Shown: piece after piece, positions 21,095 to 32,895 of the stretch
Position numbering within the stretch: the first letter of the stretch is position 1
Layout of the letters: each line of letters starts with the position of its first letter
Assembly (NCBI GenBank): GCA_965243325.1
Contig: CBDEUQ010000003.1
Location: 932,304-996,303 of the forward strand
Reading direction: 5' to 3'
From: Alphaproteobacteria bacterium
GTDB lineage: Bacteria > Pseudomonadota > Alphaproteobacteria > UBA7887
DNA length: 64,000 nt
The notes under the pieces: model-generated
What the model saw: the letters and a program-made list of their open reading frames with translations, nothing else
Database searches by the model: none
Told to the model about the DNA's origin: nothing
Translations under genes and position numbers: made by a program

Positions 21095-22252
21095 CTAGGC
21101 CTCCAGTTCGACGAGGGCAAGGCGTCCGTCGTCGGCGGTGAGCGCCAGGTCGCCGCGCATCAACGCCAGCGCGTCGTCGCCGAACAATGCGCGCCGCCAG
21201 CCGCGCAGCGCCGCGACATCGGCGTTCGGGTCGGCTGCAAGACGTTCCAGGTCGGCCGTGCTGGCGACGAGCTTGGCCGCGACGCCGTTCTCCTCGCAGC
21301 ACAGTTTGAGCAGCACCTTCAGCAGTTCGACCATCGGTCCCGCCCCGCGCGGGGTCGGCGGCGGCTTGGCGACGCGCGGCAAGCGGTCTTCGGGTAACGC
21401 CAGGGCACGTGCCACGGCGGCGAGCAGCGCCTTGCCGAATGCGCTCTTCGCCAATCCCCCGGTCACGCCGCGAATGCGCCCGAGTTCCTCCGGGGTCGCC
21501 GCTTGGTGGGAGGCGATTTCGAGCAACGCTTCGTCGCGCAACACCCGATTGCGCGGCAGGTCGCGTTCCTGCGCGAAGCGTTCGCGCGCCGCCGCCACTT
21601 CCCGCAGCACACCGAGGAAGCGCGGCTTCGTCATGCGCGTCTTGATCCGTCGCCACGCGTGCTCCGGGGTCATCCGATAGGTCTCCGCATCGGTGAGCGT
21701 CGCGAGCTCCTCGGCGAGCCACGGTTCCCGGCCCGTCGCCGCGAGCCGCGCATCCAGCGCGCGGTAGATCGCCGGCAGGTGGGCGACGTCGGCGAGCGCG
21801 TACGTGGTTTGCCGTTCGGTAAGCGGGCGCGTCGACCAGTCGGTAAACCGCGAGGACTTGTCGATCTCGGCCTTGGCGATCTTGCGCGCCAGCCGCTCGT
21901 AGGCCACGGCCTCGCCGAATCCGCACACCATCGCCGCGACCTGCGTATCGAACAGCGGCGCCGGCACGCGCCCGGTCAGGTGGAAAAATATCTCGATATC
22001 CTGGCGGCCGGCATGCAGCACCTTCAACACGTTCCCGTCGGCGAGCAGCGCAAGCAGGGGCGCGAGGTCAAGGTCCGGTGCCAGCGGGTCGACGGTGCGC
22101 GCCTCGCCATCCGGCCCCGATACCTGCACGAGGCACAGACGCGGGTAGTAGGTCTTCTCGCGCATGAACTCGGTATCGAGACAAACGAAGGGTGCGGCGG
22201 CGTACTCGCGGCACAGCGCGGCGAGCGCGTCGGTTTCCACGATCGGGTTCAT
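21095..22252 (-). CDS. rnd: ribonuclease D
   Basis: 385 aa with a DEDDy 3'-5' exonuclease N-domain (VCLDTEF..., YALADV) and HRDC domains. Confidence 0.9.
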   Translation of the reverse strand: MNPIVETDALAALCREYAAAPFVCLDTEFMREKTYYPRLCLVQVSGPDGEARTVDPLAPDLDLAPLLALLADGNVLKVLHAGRQDIEIFFHLTGRVPAPLFDTQVAAMVCGFGEAVAYERLARKIAKAEIDKSSRFTDWSTRPLTERQTTYALADVAHLPAIYRALDARLAATGREPWLAEELATLTDAETYRMTPEHAWRRIKTRMTKPRFLGVLREVAAARERFAQERDLPRNRVLRDEALLEIASHQAATPEELGRIRGVTGGLAKSAFGKALLAAVARALALPEDRLPRVAKPPPTPRGAGPMVELLKVLLKLCCEENGVAAKLVASTADLERLAADPNADVAALRGWRRALFGDDALALMRGDLALTADDGRLALVELEA

Positions 22253-22280
22253 CGACCGGCGCCGCGGTCCGGGCGGCCGT

Positions 22281-23272
22281 TCAAAGAGGGTGCGCCGCGA
22301 CCGGTGGACCGGCGGCGTGCACGCGCAACGGATTTCTCAGCGGCCTGCCGAAGGCCGGGACGTCGATCTCGAACACGTCGCCCGCCTCGGCGGCGATACC
22401 GGCGCCGTGGCTCAGAACGCCGGCGCCCAGGAAGTGGACGTGAACGTCTCCCGGGCGGCGGAAGCGCGCATACTTGAAGTGGTGATGTTCGAGGTTGGCG
22501 ATGGAGTGCGACATGTTGTCCTCGCCGCTCAGGAATTCGCCCTGCCACCGCACCGCATCGCCCCGCCGGATCCGGACGGCGCCCGTGACCGCTGTGGGCA
22601 GCGGACCCAGCCGAAGTTCGGGGCCGAGTGCGCACGGCCTGAGCTTCGAGTGCGCGAGCAGCAGGTAGTTCTGCCGTTCGAGCACATGGTCGGAAAATTC
22701 GTTGGCGAGCGCGAAACCGATCCGGCATGGTCGGCCGCGGCCGTCGATGACGTAAATTCCGGCGACCTCCGCCTCCTCGCCCCCGTCGAGCGCGTGCCCC
22801 GGGCGATCGAGCGGCGCGCCGCAGCCGACGACGACGTCGCCGTCGCCCTTCCAGAACCATTCGGGCACCGACCCGATCGCGCCTGCGGCCGGCTTGCCGC
22901 CTTCGAGTCCGGCGCGGAACATCTTCATGGAATCGGTCAGTGCGTCGCCGCTTTCGAGCTTGGCGTGCATGTCGTCGCGCGCCTGGGCGCTCCCGAGATG
23001 GGTGAGGCCGGTGCCGGTCACGAGGCAGTGCGCCGGGTCCGCGTGGTCGATGGGCGGCAGAACCCGGCCGTCGTCGAGCGCCCGATCGTACGACTCCACC
23101 GTATCGCCGAGGCGCGCGGCGACGGTCTCGGCCAGCGGCTCGCCGCTTTCGGCCGCGGCCAGCGCGAGATCGTAGACCCGGTCGGCGGAGTCGACGAGCC
23201 GCAGGACACCGCCATCCTCCGGAACTCCGACCGCGCGCCGGCCCGTCTCTGTGGTCAACTGCACCAGGTGCA
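22281..23272 (-). CDS. FAH-fold protein (AraD1/GguC-like, fumarylacetoacetate hydrolase family)
   Basis: 330 aa from ATG 23272 (MHLVQLTTETGRRAVGV...), preceded by GGGGAGG. The longer ORF to 23393 lacks an RBS and overlaps the aspS promoter region. Confidence 0.65.
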
Positions 23273-23383
23273 TGTCGGCGCCTCCCCGCTCCGGCCGCGG
23301 CGAACGTACGGCGCGGCGCGGGCGCTTGACAACCCCGCGCGCGGTCTTGCGCCCGCCGTCGCGGCTTCTATGATCCGCGCGCC

Positions 23384-25174
23384 ATGCATCCATATCGAAC
23401 GCACGACTGCGGCGCGCTCAGACCCGAACACGTCGGCGAGACGGTGCGCCTGTCCGGCTGGGTCCACCGCAAGCGCGACCACGGCAACCTGCTCTTCGTC
23501 GACCTGCGCGACGGGTTCGGTGTCACGCAGTGCGTCGTCGAGCGCGACGGTGCGCACTTCGCCGCCGTAGAGGCGGCGCGCCCCGAAAGCGTCGTCACCG
23601 TTTCCGGCGGCGTCGTCGCGCGGAGCGACGACACGGTCAATCCGCGTCTCGAGACAGGTGCGGTCGAGGTCCGCATCGCCGAATTCGTGGTGCAATCGAA
23701 CGCCGACGTCCTGCCGATGCAGGTCGCCGGCGACCAGACCTACGGCGAAGACACCCGCCTTCGCTATCGCTTTCTCGATCTCCGGCGAGCGGCGATGCAG
23801 CGCAACATCCTGCTGCGGTCGGCCGTGATCGCGAGCATTCGTCGGCGCATGATCGCGCAGGGATTCAACGAGTTCCAGACGCCGATCCTCACCTCGTCAA
23901 GCCCCGAAGGCGCGCGCGACTTCCTCGTGCCGAGCCGGCTCCACCCCGGCAAGTTCTATGCCCTGCCGCAGGCACCGCAGCAGTTCAAGCAACTGATCAT
24001 GGTCGCCGGGTTCGACCGCTATTTCCAAATCGCGCCGTGCTTTCGCGACGAAGACGCCCGCGCGGACCGCAGCCCCGGCGAGTTCTACCAGCTCGACGTC
24101 GAGATGGCGTTCGTCACTCAGAACGACGTGTTCGCCGCCATCGAACCGGTGCTGCACGGCGTGTTCGAGGAGTTCGGCGACTGGCCGGTGACGCCGCCGC
24201 CGTTCCCGCGCATCGCCTGGTCCGACGCCATGCTCGAATACGGTACCGACAAGCCGGACCTCCGCAACCCGATCCGCATCGCCGACGTGACGCAGGCGTT
24301 CCTGCGCGACGGCGTCACATTCAACGCGTTCCGCGGCGCGATCGCGAAAGGCGCCGTGGTGCGCGCAATTCCCGCGCCGGGCGCTGCTGCGCGGCCGCGC
24401 AGCTTTTTCGACAGGCTGAACGACTGGGCGCGTGCCGAGGGCGCACCGGGGCTTGGCTACATCGTCTTCAATCCGGCTGACGGCAGCGGCAAGGGACCCA
24501 TAGCCAGGTTCGTGCCCGAGGACGCGCAGGACGAGATACGCCGCGCCGCGGGGGTCGGCGCCGGCGACGCGGTGTTCTTTGTCTGCATGAAGCCCGAAGA
24601 GGCGGCACGGTTCGCGGGCAGCGTGCGCACCCGCCTCGGCGAGGCGCTCGACCTCCTGGAGAAGGATGTCTATCGCTTCTGCTGGACCGTGGATTTCCCG
24701 CTCTACGAGCGTGACGACGCGACCGGCGCGATAGCTTTCAGCCACAACCCGTTCTCGATGCCCCAGGGCGGCATGGAGGCGCTGCGGACCGGGAATCCGC
24801 TCGATGTCCTCGCCTGGCAATACGACATCGTGTGCAACGGCGTGGAACTGAGCTCGGGGGCTATTCGGAACCATCGACCGGACATCATGATCGAGGCGTT
24901 CGGCATCGCCGGCTATCCGCCGGAGGCGGTAGAGGAACAGTTCGGCGGAATGTTGCGCGCGTTTCGATACGGCGCTCCGCCGCACGGCGGCATCGCACCG
25001 GGGATCGACCGTATCGTCATGCTGCTGGCGAAGGAGCCGAACATCCGCGAGGTCATCCTGTTCCCGATGAATCAGCAGGCGGAAGACCTGCTCATGGGTG
25101 CTCCCGGTGAGGTTTCCGACGCCCAGCTCAGGGAACTGCACGTTCGCCGCGCCCCGCAGAAGCGCGGTGGTTAG
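23384..25174 (+). CDS. aspS: aspartate--tRNA ligase
   Basis: 596 aa. Contains class II aaRS motifs [24 protein letters not shown] and [14 protein letters not shown]. Confidence 0.97.
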   Translation: MHPYRTHDCGALRPEHVGETVRLSGWVHRKRDHGNLLFVDLRDGFGVTQCVVERDGAHFAAVEAARPESVVTVSGGVVARSDDTVNPRLETGAVEVRIAEFVVQSNADVLPMQVAGDQTYGEDTRLRYRFLDLRRAAMQRNILLRSAVIASIRRRMIAQGFNEFQTPILTSSSPEGARDFLVPSRLHPGKFYALPQAPQQFKQLIMVAGFDRYFQIAPCFRDEDARADRSPGEFYQLDVEMAFVTQNDVFAAIEPVLHGVFEEFGDWPVTPPPFPRIAWSDAMLEYGTDKPDLRNPIRIADVTQAFLRDGVTFNAFRGAIAKGAVVRAIPAPGAAARPRSFFDRLNDWARAEGAPGLGYIVFNPADGSGKGPIARFVPEDAQDEIRRAAGVGAGDAVFFVCMKPEEAARFAGSVRTRLGEALDLLEKDVYRFCWTVDFPLYERDDATGAIAFSHNPFSMPQGGMEALRTGNPLDVLAWQYDIVCNGVELSSGAIRNHRPDIMIEAFGIAGYPPEAVEEQFGGMLRAFRYGAPPHGGIAPGIDRIVMLLAKEPNIREVILFPMNQQAEDLLMGAPGEVSDAQLRELHVRRAPQKRGG

Positions 25175-25222
25175 TCGGCGAACCGCCCGGATCCTTCCCG
25201 CCGGCGATGGTGGTCGCCGGCG

Positions 25223-28200
25223 TCACGAACAGCCGCTCGTCCCGCCGCACGTCTCGCATTTCAGACACGTGCCGTTGCGCACCAGGGTAAAGTTGCCGCA
25301 GTCGGCGCACGGGTCGCCTTCGTAGCCCTTGATCCGTGCCTCGGCCGCAACCGCGAGTCGGCCGCTGGCGAACGATGCGGCGGAGGGCGGGGCGTGTGAC
25401 GGAGTCCGCGCGGCACCGCCTTCGACCACGTGCAACCGCCGCCGCACGAATCCCGGGCTGACGAACGAGGTGATGTTCGACGACTCCGCGGCGGGTTCCG
25501 TTGCCGCGTCGAGCACGGTCTCCGCCTTGCCGCGGCCCACCGCGTCCGGCAGCAGGTCGTCGGGCCGCACGTGCGCAAGGTCGTCGCGGTCGAGATAGGA
25601 GACCGCAAGTTCGCGGAAGACGTAGTCGATGATCGATGTGGCCATGCGGATGCGGTCGTTGCCCTCGACCATGCCGGAAGGCTCGAAGCGGACGAAGGTA
25701 AAGGCCTCCACAAACTCTTCGAGCGGCACGCCGTACTGCAGGCCGATCGACACGGCGATGGCGAAGTTGTTCATCAGGCTGCGGAAAGCGGCGCCTTCCT
25801 TGTGCATGTCCAGGAAAATCTCGCCGAGTCGGCCGTCGTCGTACTCGCCGGTACGCAGATAGACCTTGTGGCCGCCGACCGTGGCCTTTTGCGTGTAGCC
25901 CTTGCGTCGGTGCGGCAAGCGGGCACGGGCAGCCATCGCCTGGTGCACGATTTCCCGCACCGTCGGCGCCGGCGGCGCCTCGTTCTCCTCGTCACGCTCG
26001 TCGTCGACATCGATGGCGGCGTTCAACGGTTGACTCAGCTTCGAACCGTCGCGATAGAGCGCGTTGGCCTTCAGACCCAGCCGCCACGACATCAGATAGG
26101 CGTCCCGGCAGTCTTCCACGGTGGCGGTGTTCGGCATGTTGATCGTCTTCGAAATGGCGCCGGAGACGAAGGGCTGCGCCGCCGCCAGCATGCGGATGTG
26201 CGCCCGCCAGTCGAGCGCGCGGACGCCACGGCGCCCGCAGGGCGTCGCGCAATCGAATACCGGCAGGTGCCGCTCGCGCAGATGCGGCGCGCCTTCCAGA
26301 CTCATGGCGCCGCAGCAGTGCGCGTTCGCGGCCTCGATCTCCGTCGCGTCGAAACCGATCGCAGAGAGCATGTCGAAGCCGGGATCGTCGAGCGCGGCCG
26401 TCTCCAAGCCCAGGGTGCGCGTGCAGAACGCCTCGCCGAGGCTCCATTTGTTGAACGCGTAGCGGATGTCGAACGCGTCGCCGACAGCGCGTTCGACGCG
26501 TGCGATGGCTTCCTCGTCGAAGCCCTTTTCGCGCAATCGGGCGTGGTCGACGCCTGGCGCCTCGGCGAGCGAACCGCTGCCCACCGCATAGGCAACGATG
26601 TCCGCGATCTCGTCTTCACAATAGCCGAGCGCGGCGAGCGCCGTCGGCACCGAACGGTTGATGATCTTGAAGTAGCCGCCGCCCGCGAGCTTCTTGAATT
26701 TGACCAGCGCGAAATCGGGCTCGATTCCCGTGGTGTCGCAGTCCATCACGAGGCCGATGGTGCCGGTCGGTGCGATGACCGTGGTCTGCGCATTGCGAAA
26801 GCCGTGCGCCGTGCCGAGCGCGAGTGCCTCGTCCCACGCCTCGGCCGCCTGTGCCGCGAGGCCGGGGATCGGGCAATTCTCGGCGTCGAGCGCCACCGGG
26901 GAGGTGTGCAGCGCCTCGTAACCCTCGGGCTCGCCAAGCGCCGCTCGGCGATGGTTGCGGATCACCCGGAGCATCGCGTCGCGGTTGGGCGCGTAGGCCG
27001 GAAAAGCGCCGAGCGCTGCCGCCATCTCGGCGGAGGTGCGATACGCGACGCCGGTCATCAATGCGGCAATTGCGCCGCACAACGCGCGGCCTTCGTCGCT
27101 GTCGTAGGCGAGACCGGACGTCATCAGCAAACCGCCGATATTGGCGAAACCAAGGCCCAGGGTGCGAAAGTCGTACGAACGCCGAGCGATCTCGCGTGAC
27201 GGGAACTGCGCCATCGCGACCGAGATTTCGAGCACGATCGTCCACAGCCGCACCGCGTGACGGAATCCGTCGAGGTCGAAGCTTCCGTCAGCGCCGCGGA
27301 ACCCGAGCAGGTTGAGAGACGCCAGATTGCACGCCGTGTCGTCGAGGAACATGTACTCCGAACACGGGTTCGACGCGCGAATGCGTCCCGAGTCCGGGCA
27401 GGTGTGCCAGTCGTTGATCGTGGTATCGAACTGGATGCCCGGGTCTGCCGACTGCCACGCCGCGAGCGCCATTCGGTCCCACAGGTCGCGCGCGTCGATC
27501 TCTTCGGCGACCGCACCGTCGGTGCGGCGCAGCAGGCGCCATTTGTCGCCGGCGAGCACGGCCTCCATGAACGCATCGGTCACGCGCACGGTGTTGTTGG
27601 CGTTCTGGCCCGACACGGTGCGATAGGCGTCCGAATCCCAGTCGATGTCGTAGGTGGCGAACGCCATCTCCGTGTATCCCTGGCGGGCGAACTGGAGCGC
27701 TCGCTGGATACAGGCTTCGGGGACGGCGGCTCGTCGTGCCGCGCGAATCGCTTTCTTCAGCGCCGGATTGTCGGCCGGATCGAATCGCTCTTTGCCGCCC
27801 GCGCGGCACGCGCGGACGATGGCGTTGAGAGTCTTTTCGGCAAGCCGGGAACCGGCGACGAGCGCGGCGACCTTCTGTTCCTCCTGCGTCTTCCAGTCGA
27901 TGAACGCCTCGACGTCGGGGTGATCGACATCGACGACGACCATCTTCGCGGCGCGTCGCGTCGTGCCGCCCGATTTGATGGCGCCGGCCGCCCGGTCGCC
28001 GATCTTGAGAAAGCTCATGAGCCCGGACGAACGGCCGCCGCCCGAGAGCGGCTCGTTCTCGCCCCGGATCGCCGAGAAGTTGGAGCCCGTCCCCGAGCCG
28101 TACTTGAACAACCGTGCCTCGCGCACCCACAGATCCATGATTCCGCCGTCGTTCACGAGGTCGTCGGCGACGCTCTGGATGAAGCAGGCGTGCGGCTGCG

Positions 28201-28756
28201 GCCGTTCGTAGGCCGAGGTCGAGGGTGCCGTGTCGCCGGTCCGCTCGTCGACGTGGTAATGGCCCTGCGCCGGCCCGTCGATGCCATAGGCCCAGTGGAG
28301 CCCCGTGTTGAACCATTGCGGGCTGTTCGGCGCCGCCATCTGGCGGGCGAGCATATGGCGCAGTTCGTCGTGGAAGGCGTGCGCGTCCGCCTCGCCATCG
28401 AAGTGGCCGCTCTTCCATCCCCAATAGGTCCAGGCCCCCGCGAGGCGGTCGAAGACCTGACGCGCGCTCGATTCGGCGCCTCGATCGGTCCTGTTGACGG
28501 GCCGGCGACGCCAGAGCCAGTCCGGGACTCCCTCCTCGGGCACCGCCTCGTCGGCGGCCGGCACGCCGGCCTTGCGGAAGTACTTCTGGGCCAGGATATC
28601 GATGGCGATCTGCGACCAGTCCGCCGGCGCCTCGATATCGTTGCAGCTGTAGACAATCGATCCGTCGGGATTGCGGATCTCGCTCGCGGCCGTACGGAAC
28701 GCAATGCCGTCGTAGGGCGAAGCGCCGCCCTCGGTAAAATATCGCTCGATCCGCAT
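25223..28756 (-). CDS. nrdJ: ribonucleoside-diphosphate reductase, adenosylcobalamin-dependent (class II)
   Basis: 1177 aa long-form NrdJ with a C-terminal Cys-rich zinc ribbon ([22 protein letters not shown]). ATG at 28754-28756. Confidence 0.95.
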   Translation of the reverse strand: MRIERYFTEGGASPYDGIAFRTAASEIRNPDGSIVYSCNDIEAPADWSQIAIDILAQKYFRKAGVPAADEAVPEEGVPDWLWRRRPVNRTDRGAESSARQVFDRLAGAWTYWGWKSGHFDGEADAHAFHDELRHMLARQMAAPNSPQWFNTGLHWAYGIDGPAQGHYHVDERTGDTAPSTSAYERPQPHACFIQSVADDLVNDGGIMDLWVREARLFKYGSGTGSNFSAIRGENEPLSGGGRSSGLMSFLKIGDRAAGAIKSGGTTRRAAKMVVVDVDHPDVEAFIDWKTQEEQKVAALVAGSRLAEKTLNAIVRACRAGGKERFDPADNPALKKAIRAARRAAVPEACIQRALQFARQGYTEMAFATYDIDWDSDAYRTVSGQNANNTVRVTDAFMEAVLAGDKWRLLRRTDGAVAEEIDARDLWDRMALAAWQSADPGIQFDTTINDWHTCPDSGRIRASNPCSEYMFLDDTACNLASLNLLGFRGADGSFDLDGFRHAVRLWTIVLEISVAMAQFPSREIARRSYDFRTLGLGFANIGGLLMTSGLAYDSDEGRALCGAIAALMTGVAYRTSAEMAAALGAFPAYAPNRDAMLRVIRNHRRAALGEPEGYEALHTSPVALDAENCPIPGLAAQAAEAWDEALALGTAHGFRNAQTTVIAPTGTIGLVMDCDTTGIEPDFALVKFKKLAGGGYFKIINRSVPTALAALGYCEDEIADIVAYAVGSGSLAEAPGVDHARLREKGFDEEAIARVERAVGDAFDIRYAFNKWSLGEAFCTRTLGLETAALDDPGFDMLSAIGFDATEIEAANAHCCGAMSLEGAPHLRERHLPVFDCATPCGRRGVRALDWRAHIRMLAAAQPFVSGAISKTINMPNTATVEDCRDAYLMSWRLGLKANALYRDGSKLSQPLNAAIDVDDERDEENEAPPAPTVREIVHQAMAARARLPHRRKGYTQKATVGGHKVYLRTGEYDDGRLGEIFLDMHKEGAAFRSLMNNFAIAVSIGLQYGVPLEEFVEAFTFVRFEPSGMVEGNDRIRMATSIIDYVFRELAVSYLDRDDLAHVRPDDLLPDAVGRGKAETVLDAATEPAAESSNITSFVSPGFVRRRLHVVEGGAARTPSHAPPSAASFASGRLAVAAEARIKGYEGDPCADCGNFTLVRNGTCLKCETCGGTSGCS

Positions 28757-28805
28757 AGTTCGCTCCCCGCCGCCGTCGCGCCGCGTCCAATTACTATGCG
28801 TATAG

Positions 28806-28821
28806 ATACTACATTTTGTGG
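28806..28821 (-). promoter_or_regulatory. candidate NrdR box (cCACAAAATGTAGTat on the nrdJ strand) inside an AT-rich island ~50 nt upstream of nrdJ
   Basis: 12 of 16 positions match the NrdR consensus acaCwAtATaTwGtgt. Only one box was recognised, so confidence is low. Confidence 0.3.
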
Positions 28822-28947
28822 TCGTGTCGCCAGAAAATAGCTAAATGTTGCCGAGGGGTCGAACGGCGAAGCATCGAGGCCGAACCGTTGGCGCCGGCAC
28901 GCCAAGCCGCAGGAGATTCGGCTCCACTGGTCCTCGCCGCGCCGCGT

Positions 28948-29709
28948 TCACCCGCGCTTTGGACGCAGCAGGTGCGCGTGGGCGGGACTGTAGAGGGCGC
29001 TGTCGGCGAACGCTCCCGGATCGAGGACGCGGCCGACGAGCACCAGCGCCGTGCGGGTGATGCGCGCGGCGCGGACGCGGGCGCGGATATCGGCGAGCGT
29101 TCCCCGGACGATACGCTGGTCGGGCCAACTCGCGCGATGAACCACGGCGACCGGGCAGTCGGCGCCGTAGACCGGGGTCAGCGTGCGTTCGACGATTCGC
29201 AGGTTTCGGACAGACAGGTGCAGCGCCAGCGTTGCACCCGATGCGCCGAGCGTCGCCAGATCCTCACCCGCCGGCATCGCGGATGCCTTGCCGGCGGTCC
29301 GCGTCAGGATCACCGTCTGGCCGACTCCCGGCACGGTCAGTTCGACGCCGAGCGCCGCGGCGGCCGCGGCGAACGCGGGCACGCCGGGCGTCACGTCCCA
29401 GGCGATGCCGAGCGCATCGAGCCGGCGGGTCTGTTCGGCGATGGCGCCGAACAACGAGGGATCGCCGGAATGCACGCGCGCTACCTCGTGCCCCTCCGCG
29501 TCGGCGACGCGCATCTCCTCGACGATGGTGTCGAGCGTCAGCGGCGCCGTATCGACCACGCGGGCGCCCGCGGGCGCGGCGGCAACGACGGCGCGCGGCA
29601 CCAGCGACCCGGCATAGAGGCATACCGGGCAGCGCGCGATGAGGTCGCGCCCGCGCACCGTGATGAGGTCCGCGGCACCCGGGCCGGCGCCGATGAAATG
29701 GACCGTCAT
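28948..29709 (-). CDS. cobM: precorrin-4 C11-methyltransferase
   Basis: 253 aa from ATG 29709 ([20 protein letters not shown]). ATGA overlap with the upstream gene's stop. Confidence 0.9.
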   Translation of the reverse strand: MTVHFIGAGPGAADLITVRGRDLIARCPVCLYAGSLVPRAVVAAAPAGARVVDTAPLTLDTIVEEMRVADAEGHEVARVHSGDPSLFGAIAEQTRRLDALGIAWDVTPGVPAFAAAAAALGVELTVPGVGQTVILTRTAGKASAMPAGEDLATLGASGATLALHLSVRNLRIVERTLTPVYGADCPVAVVHRASWPDQRIVRGTLADIRARVRAARITRTALVLVGRVLDPGAFADSALYSPAHAHLLRPKRG

Positions 29710-31577
29710 CCGTCCGTCGCGTAACCGCGCGGCGTGTAGATCCACTTTGCGCCGCGTACCGTGCGCGTCGTCGTCGCGCCGACGAGCACGACGGTGAGCA
29801 TGTCCACGTCCTTCTCGTCCAGCGCGGCAAGCGTGGTCCGGCGCACGGTCTCGCCGGCGCGACCGAGATTGCGGGCCACCACCACCGGGGTCGTCGGCGG
29901 GCGCGAGGAGAGGAGGCATTCGCGCGCCTGCGCCAGCCGGCCGCGGCGAGCCGTCGAAGCCGGGTTGTAGATCGCGACGACGAAATCCGCCGCCGCGGCC
30001 GCCCGCAGCCGTCTTTCGATGGCGGTCCACGGCGTCATCAGGTCGGACAGGGATATCGCGCAGAAGTCGTGGCCGAGCGGAGCGCCTGCCCGCGCCGCTG
30101 CCGCCTGCAACGCCGAGAGCCCGGGGATCACCGAAATCGCGACGCGGTGCCAGTCTGCACGTGTCTCGCGGTCGAGACACTCGAAGACGAGCGCCGCCAT
30201 GGCGTAGATTCCGGGATCGCCCGACGACACCAACGCCACCCGCCGGCCGCGCGCCGCGAGGTCGAGCGCAGAGCGCGCCCGCGCCTCCTCATCGCCAAGG
30301 GCGAACGCATGGCGACGCTGGTCGCGCGGCGCCGGTCCCAGCAGGTCGAGATAAAGACGGTACCCGACCACATCCTCCGCGCAAGCAAGCACCTCCGCCG
30401 CTTCCCGCGTGCGCCAGTCGGCGCCTCCGGGGCCGATGCCGACGATCGCCAGTTGTCCGCGCGGCACGCCGACCGCATTGGCATCGATGACTTCGGGCGC
30501 GCGCGCGAGCGCCGCGGTCGCCGTGCCGACGATGCGCTTCGGCACCGTCAGCGCCGCCGCCGGTCCCGCCGCCGCCAGCGCTGCTGCCTCGGCGACGCCA
30601 TGGCAGCCGACCGCCGCGAACACGACGTGCGAAGGCGTTACAAGTCGCGGCGTCTCCTCCTCGAGTCGCGCCGCGGAAAAGAACCGCGCCGGCACGCCGA
30701 AGCGCTCGGCCACGGCGTGCACAGCCGCCTCGTCAGCCTTGACGTCAAGCGAGACGACGCATGCCAGCGCCTCGGGTGCGGCGTTTGCCTCGTCGACCAC
30801 CGCCTCGGCGAGCGCAACCGCCGCCGACGGCGCAGTGCCGCGTTCGCAGCCGATTCCAAGCGCGAGCCTGCGCGGATGGTAGATGAGTGTATTCGGCGCC
30901 GCGGCACCCTTACCGTCATCGACGGCGATAGCGAGGGAGCCCGACTCGTGGAAGGGCAGCGCACTGTCGGTCAGCCACGGTGGTGGATCTGAAGCACGAA
31001 CCCGCGCGCCATCGAGCAACGCGGCAACGAACGCCTTCGCGTCCCCAGGATTGGCGAGAGTCCAGCCCGGCGGTGGATCGTCGAGTGCGACGCCGAACCG
31101 AACATCGCCCGCGGTTGTGATCGCCGCGTGCGTACCCAGTGTCTCGGCGATCTGTCGCGCCAGACGATTGCCGCCACGGTGGCTACCGAGCAACGGTACA
31201 ACATGCGCGCCATCCTCGGAGAGTGCGAGCACGGGCGGCTCGGCACGCTTGTCGCTTAGTGTGGATGCCAGCGCCCGGACGATGATCCCGGCCGCGCACA
31301 CGCCGACGATCGGAGTGCCGGAGCGGAATAGAGCGCGGAAATGCGCGCCTGCATCTTCAAAGTGGACGTCGGCAGTATCGATGCGGCCCACAAGGCCGTG
31401 GATACACGCACCGTCGAGTGCAGCGGCCACGCGCCGCGCCATGCCGAGCCCGCGCGCACGGAGAACGACGATGACAGCCGGGTGCGCGCTCACCGCCCAA
31501 TGCGCCGAACCGGGCGCGGTAACACGACGGTTGCAACCGTCAGAGTATTGCCGATTTGAGCTATCCACATCGGTCAA
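29706..31577 (-). CDS. cobJ: bifunctional cobalamin biosynthesis protein CbiG / precorrin-3B C17-methyltransferase CobJ (fusion)
   Basis: The N-terminal ~370 aa carry CbiG N and C (CobE-like) domains ([21 protein letters not shown]...SLDVKADE). The C-terminal ~250 aa are the CobJ methylase ([10 protein letters not shown]...[15 protein letters not shown]). TTG start at 31577 is uncertain. Confidence 0.85.
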   Translation of the reverse strand: MTDVDSSNRQYSDGCNRRVTAPGSAHWAVSAHPAVIVVLRARGLGMARRVAAALDGACIHGLVGRIDTADVHFEDAGAHFRALFRSGTPIVGVCAAGIIVRALASTLSDKRAEPPVLALSEDGAHVVPLLGSHRGGNRLARQIAETLGTHAAITTAGDVRFGVALDDPPPGWTLANPGDAKAFVAALLDGARVRASDPPPWLTDSALPFHESGSLAIAVDDGKGAAAPNTLIYHPRRLALGIGCERGTAPSAAVALAEAVVDEANAAPEALACVVSLDVKADEAAVHAVAERFGVPARFFSAARLEEETPRLVTPSHVVFAAVGCHGVAEAAALAAAGPAAALTVPKRIVGTATAALARAPEVIDANAVGVPRGQLAIVGIGPGGADWRTREAAEVLACAEDVVGYRLYLDLLGPAPRDQRRHAFALGDEEARARSALDLAARGRRVALVSSGDPGIYAMAALVFECLDRETRADWHRVAISVIPGLSALQAAAARAGAPLGHDFCAISLSDLMTPWTAIERRLRAAAAADFVVAIYNPASTARRGRLAQARECLLSSRPPTTPVVVARNLGRAGETVRRTTLAALDEKDVDMLTVVLVGATTTRTVRGAKWIYTPRGYATDG

Positions 31578-31699
31578 CTTGGTACCGTCGCGGGCATATC
31601 CGTCAAGCGGCGTCGGACGTGTGGTCTATTCCATTTGCCACATCTTTTTGACGCGCATTCGCACATCCGGTCGCCGCGACCGCGATCCAGACTCTTTCC

Positions 31700-32749
31700 A
31701 TGTTTGACAACGCGGAGAGCGCGACCTTCTCCGCCGATGGCGCGCACGTGTTCGTCGGCAACGCGGCAGAAATCGGCGACCGCGCAGAAAACTTCGGTTG
31801 GACCGAAGGCGAGGGATATATCAGCAAGCTCGCGGTGACCGAATCCGGTCAACTCGAAATGGTCGCGCAGCGGTTGATCGATGGGTTGACCGCACCGCTC
31901 GGCATGGCCGTTCTGAACGTGGCCACCGGCAAGTTCCCCGCCGGCACGATCTTCGTCTGCATCGGCGCCGCGCCGCTCGTTGACTCCGAGGGTGCCGTGG
32001 TAACCGACGGCGCTCGGCTGCGCACCGGCGTCCTGGCGTTCGACGTCGACGGCAACGTGCTCGGCACGATCGACATGGGCTCGGGCTCGGTATTCCACGA
32101 GATGAACGGCGGGCCTGTGGCGCTCACCAACGCGCTCACATTCGTTGACGCCGGCAACCTCCATGTTGTCGATACGGAATTCGGCGGCGCCCAGTTCGAT
32201 CCGCCGTTCGAGGGTCGCCGCGGCATCTGGAAGATTCCGAACGAGTCGCTTGACGCCTATGCCGATGGCACCGAAGCGCCGACGGCAGCGACGTTCACGG
32301 CAATTCCGGGCAACCCGGACGGCGTTGAGGTCTCGCCTATCGACGGCAGGATCTACGTCAACACCGTGGGACCCGTCGCCGGCGCTCCGGACCCGGCGAA
32401 CGGCGGAATCTATGCGCTCGACGATGTCGATGGAACGCTGCCGGAACTGTTGGACCGACATCTCGGCGCGCTTGACGGCCTCGATTTCACCGACGGTGGA
32501 ACGATGCTCAACACCCAAATCAAGGGCGGCGTGGACGTTGTCATCGCCGTCAACTGCCCGGGCCAGTCGGCAACGTCGCTTACCGTGGACGCCGAGTTGA
32601 CCGGTCGGGCCGACATCGCGTTACGCAAGATGGACAACGGCGAGCATCTGCTCATCATGCCCGAGCTGTTCGCGCGCGACGCGACAGCGGGAGATGACGA
32701 CGTGACCGTGTTCGTTCTGCCGGCCAACTTCGACGCCGCCTGCGGCTGA
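31700..32749 (+). CDS. beta-propeller protein, SMP-30/gluconolactonase/LRE-like (function unknown)
   Basis: 349 aa with protein-like composition and repeated G/D/V-rich blades (PNGVEVSPIDGRIYVNTVG, GLDFTDGGTMLNTQ). It is on the opposite strand to the cob genes and visibly AT-richer. Confidence 0.55.
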   Translation: MFDNAESATFSADGAHVFVGNAAEIGDRAENFGWTEGEGYISKLAVTESGQLEMVAQRLIDGLTAPLGMAVLNVATGKFPAGTIFVCIGAAPLVDSEGAVVTDGARLRTGVLAFDVDGNVLGTIDMGSGSVFHEMNGGPVALTNALTFVDAGNLHVVDTEFGGAQFDPPFEGRRGIWKIPNESLDAYADGTEAPTAATFTAIPGNPDGVEVSPIDGRIYVNTVGPVAGAPDPANGGIYALDDVDGTLPELLDRHLGALDGLDFTDGGTMLNTQIKGGVDVVIAVNCPGQSATSLTVDAELTGRADIALRKMDNGEHLLIMPELFARDATAGDDDVTVFVLPANFDAACG

Positions 32750-32895
32750 GGACGGCAAGCAACACGACGATCCGCTGCGGCGCCTCCATGCCCGTCGCGG
32801 CGGGACCGGGTGGCCGGGACGCCTTGAGAGATGCGTCCTGGCCATCTTCGGTCCAGAACACCGGCGCCGACGGCGGCGATCGGAGGGTGGGTCGG

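Noticed and set aside
23340-23383. TTGCGC-N16-TATGAT promoter-like element just upstream of aspS
   Set aside because: Plausible sigma-70-like spacing, but it would leave almost no leader or RBS, and it cannot be distinguished from chance in one sequence.
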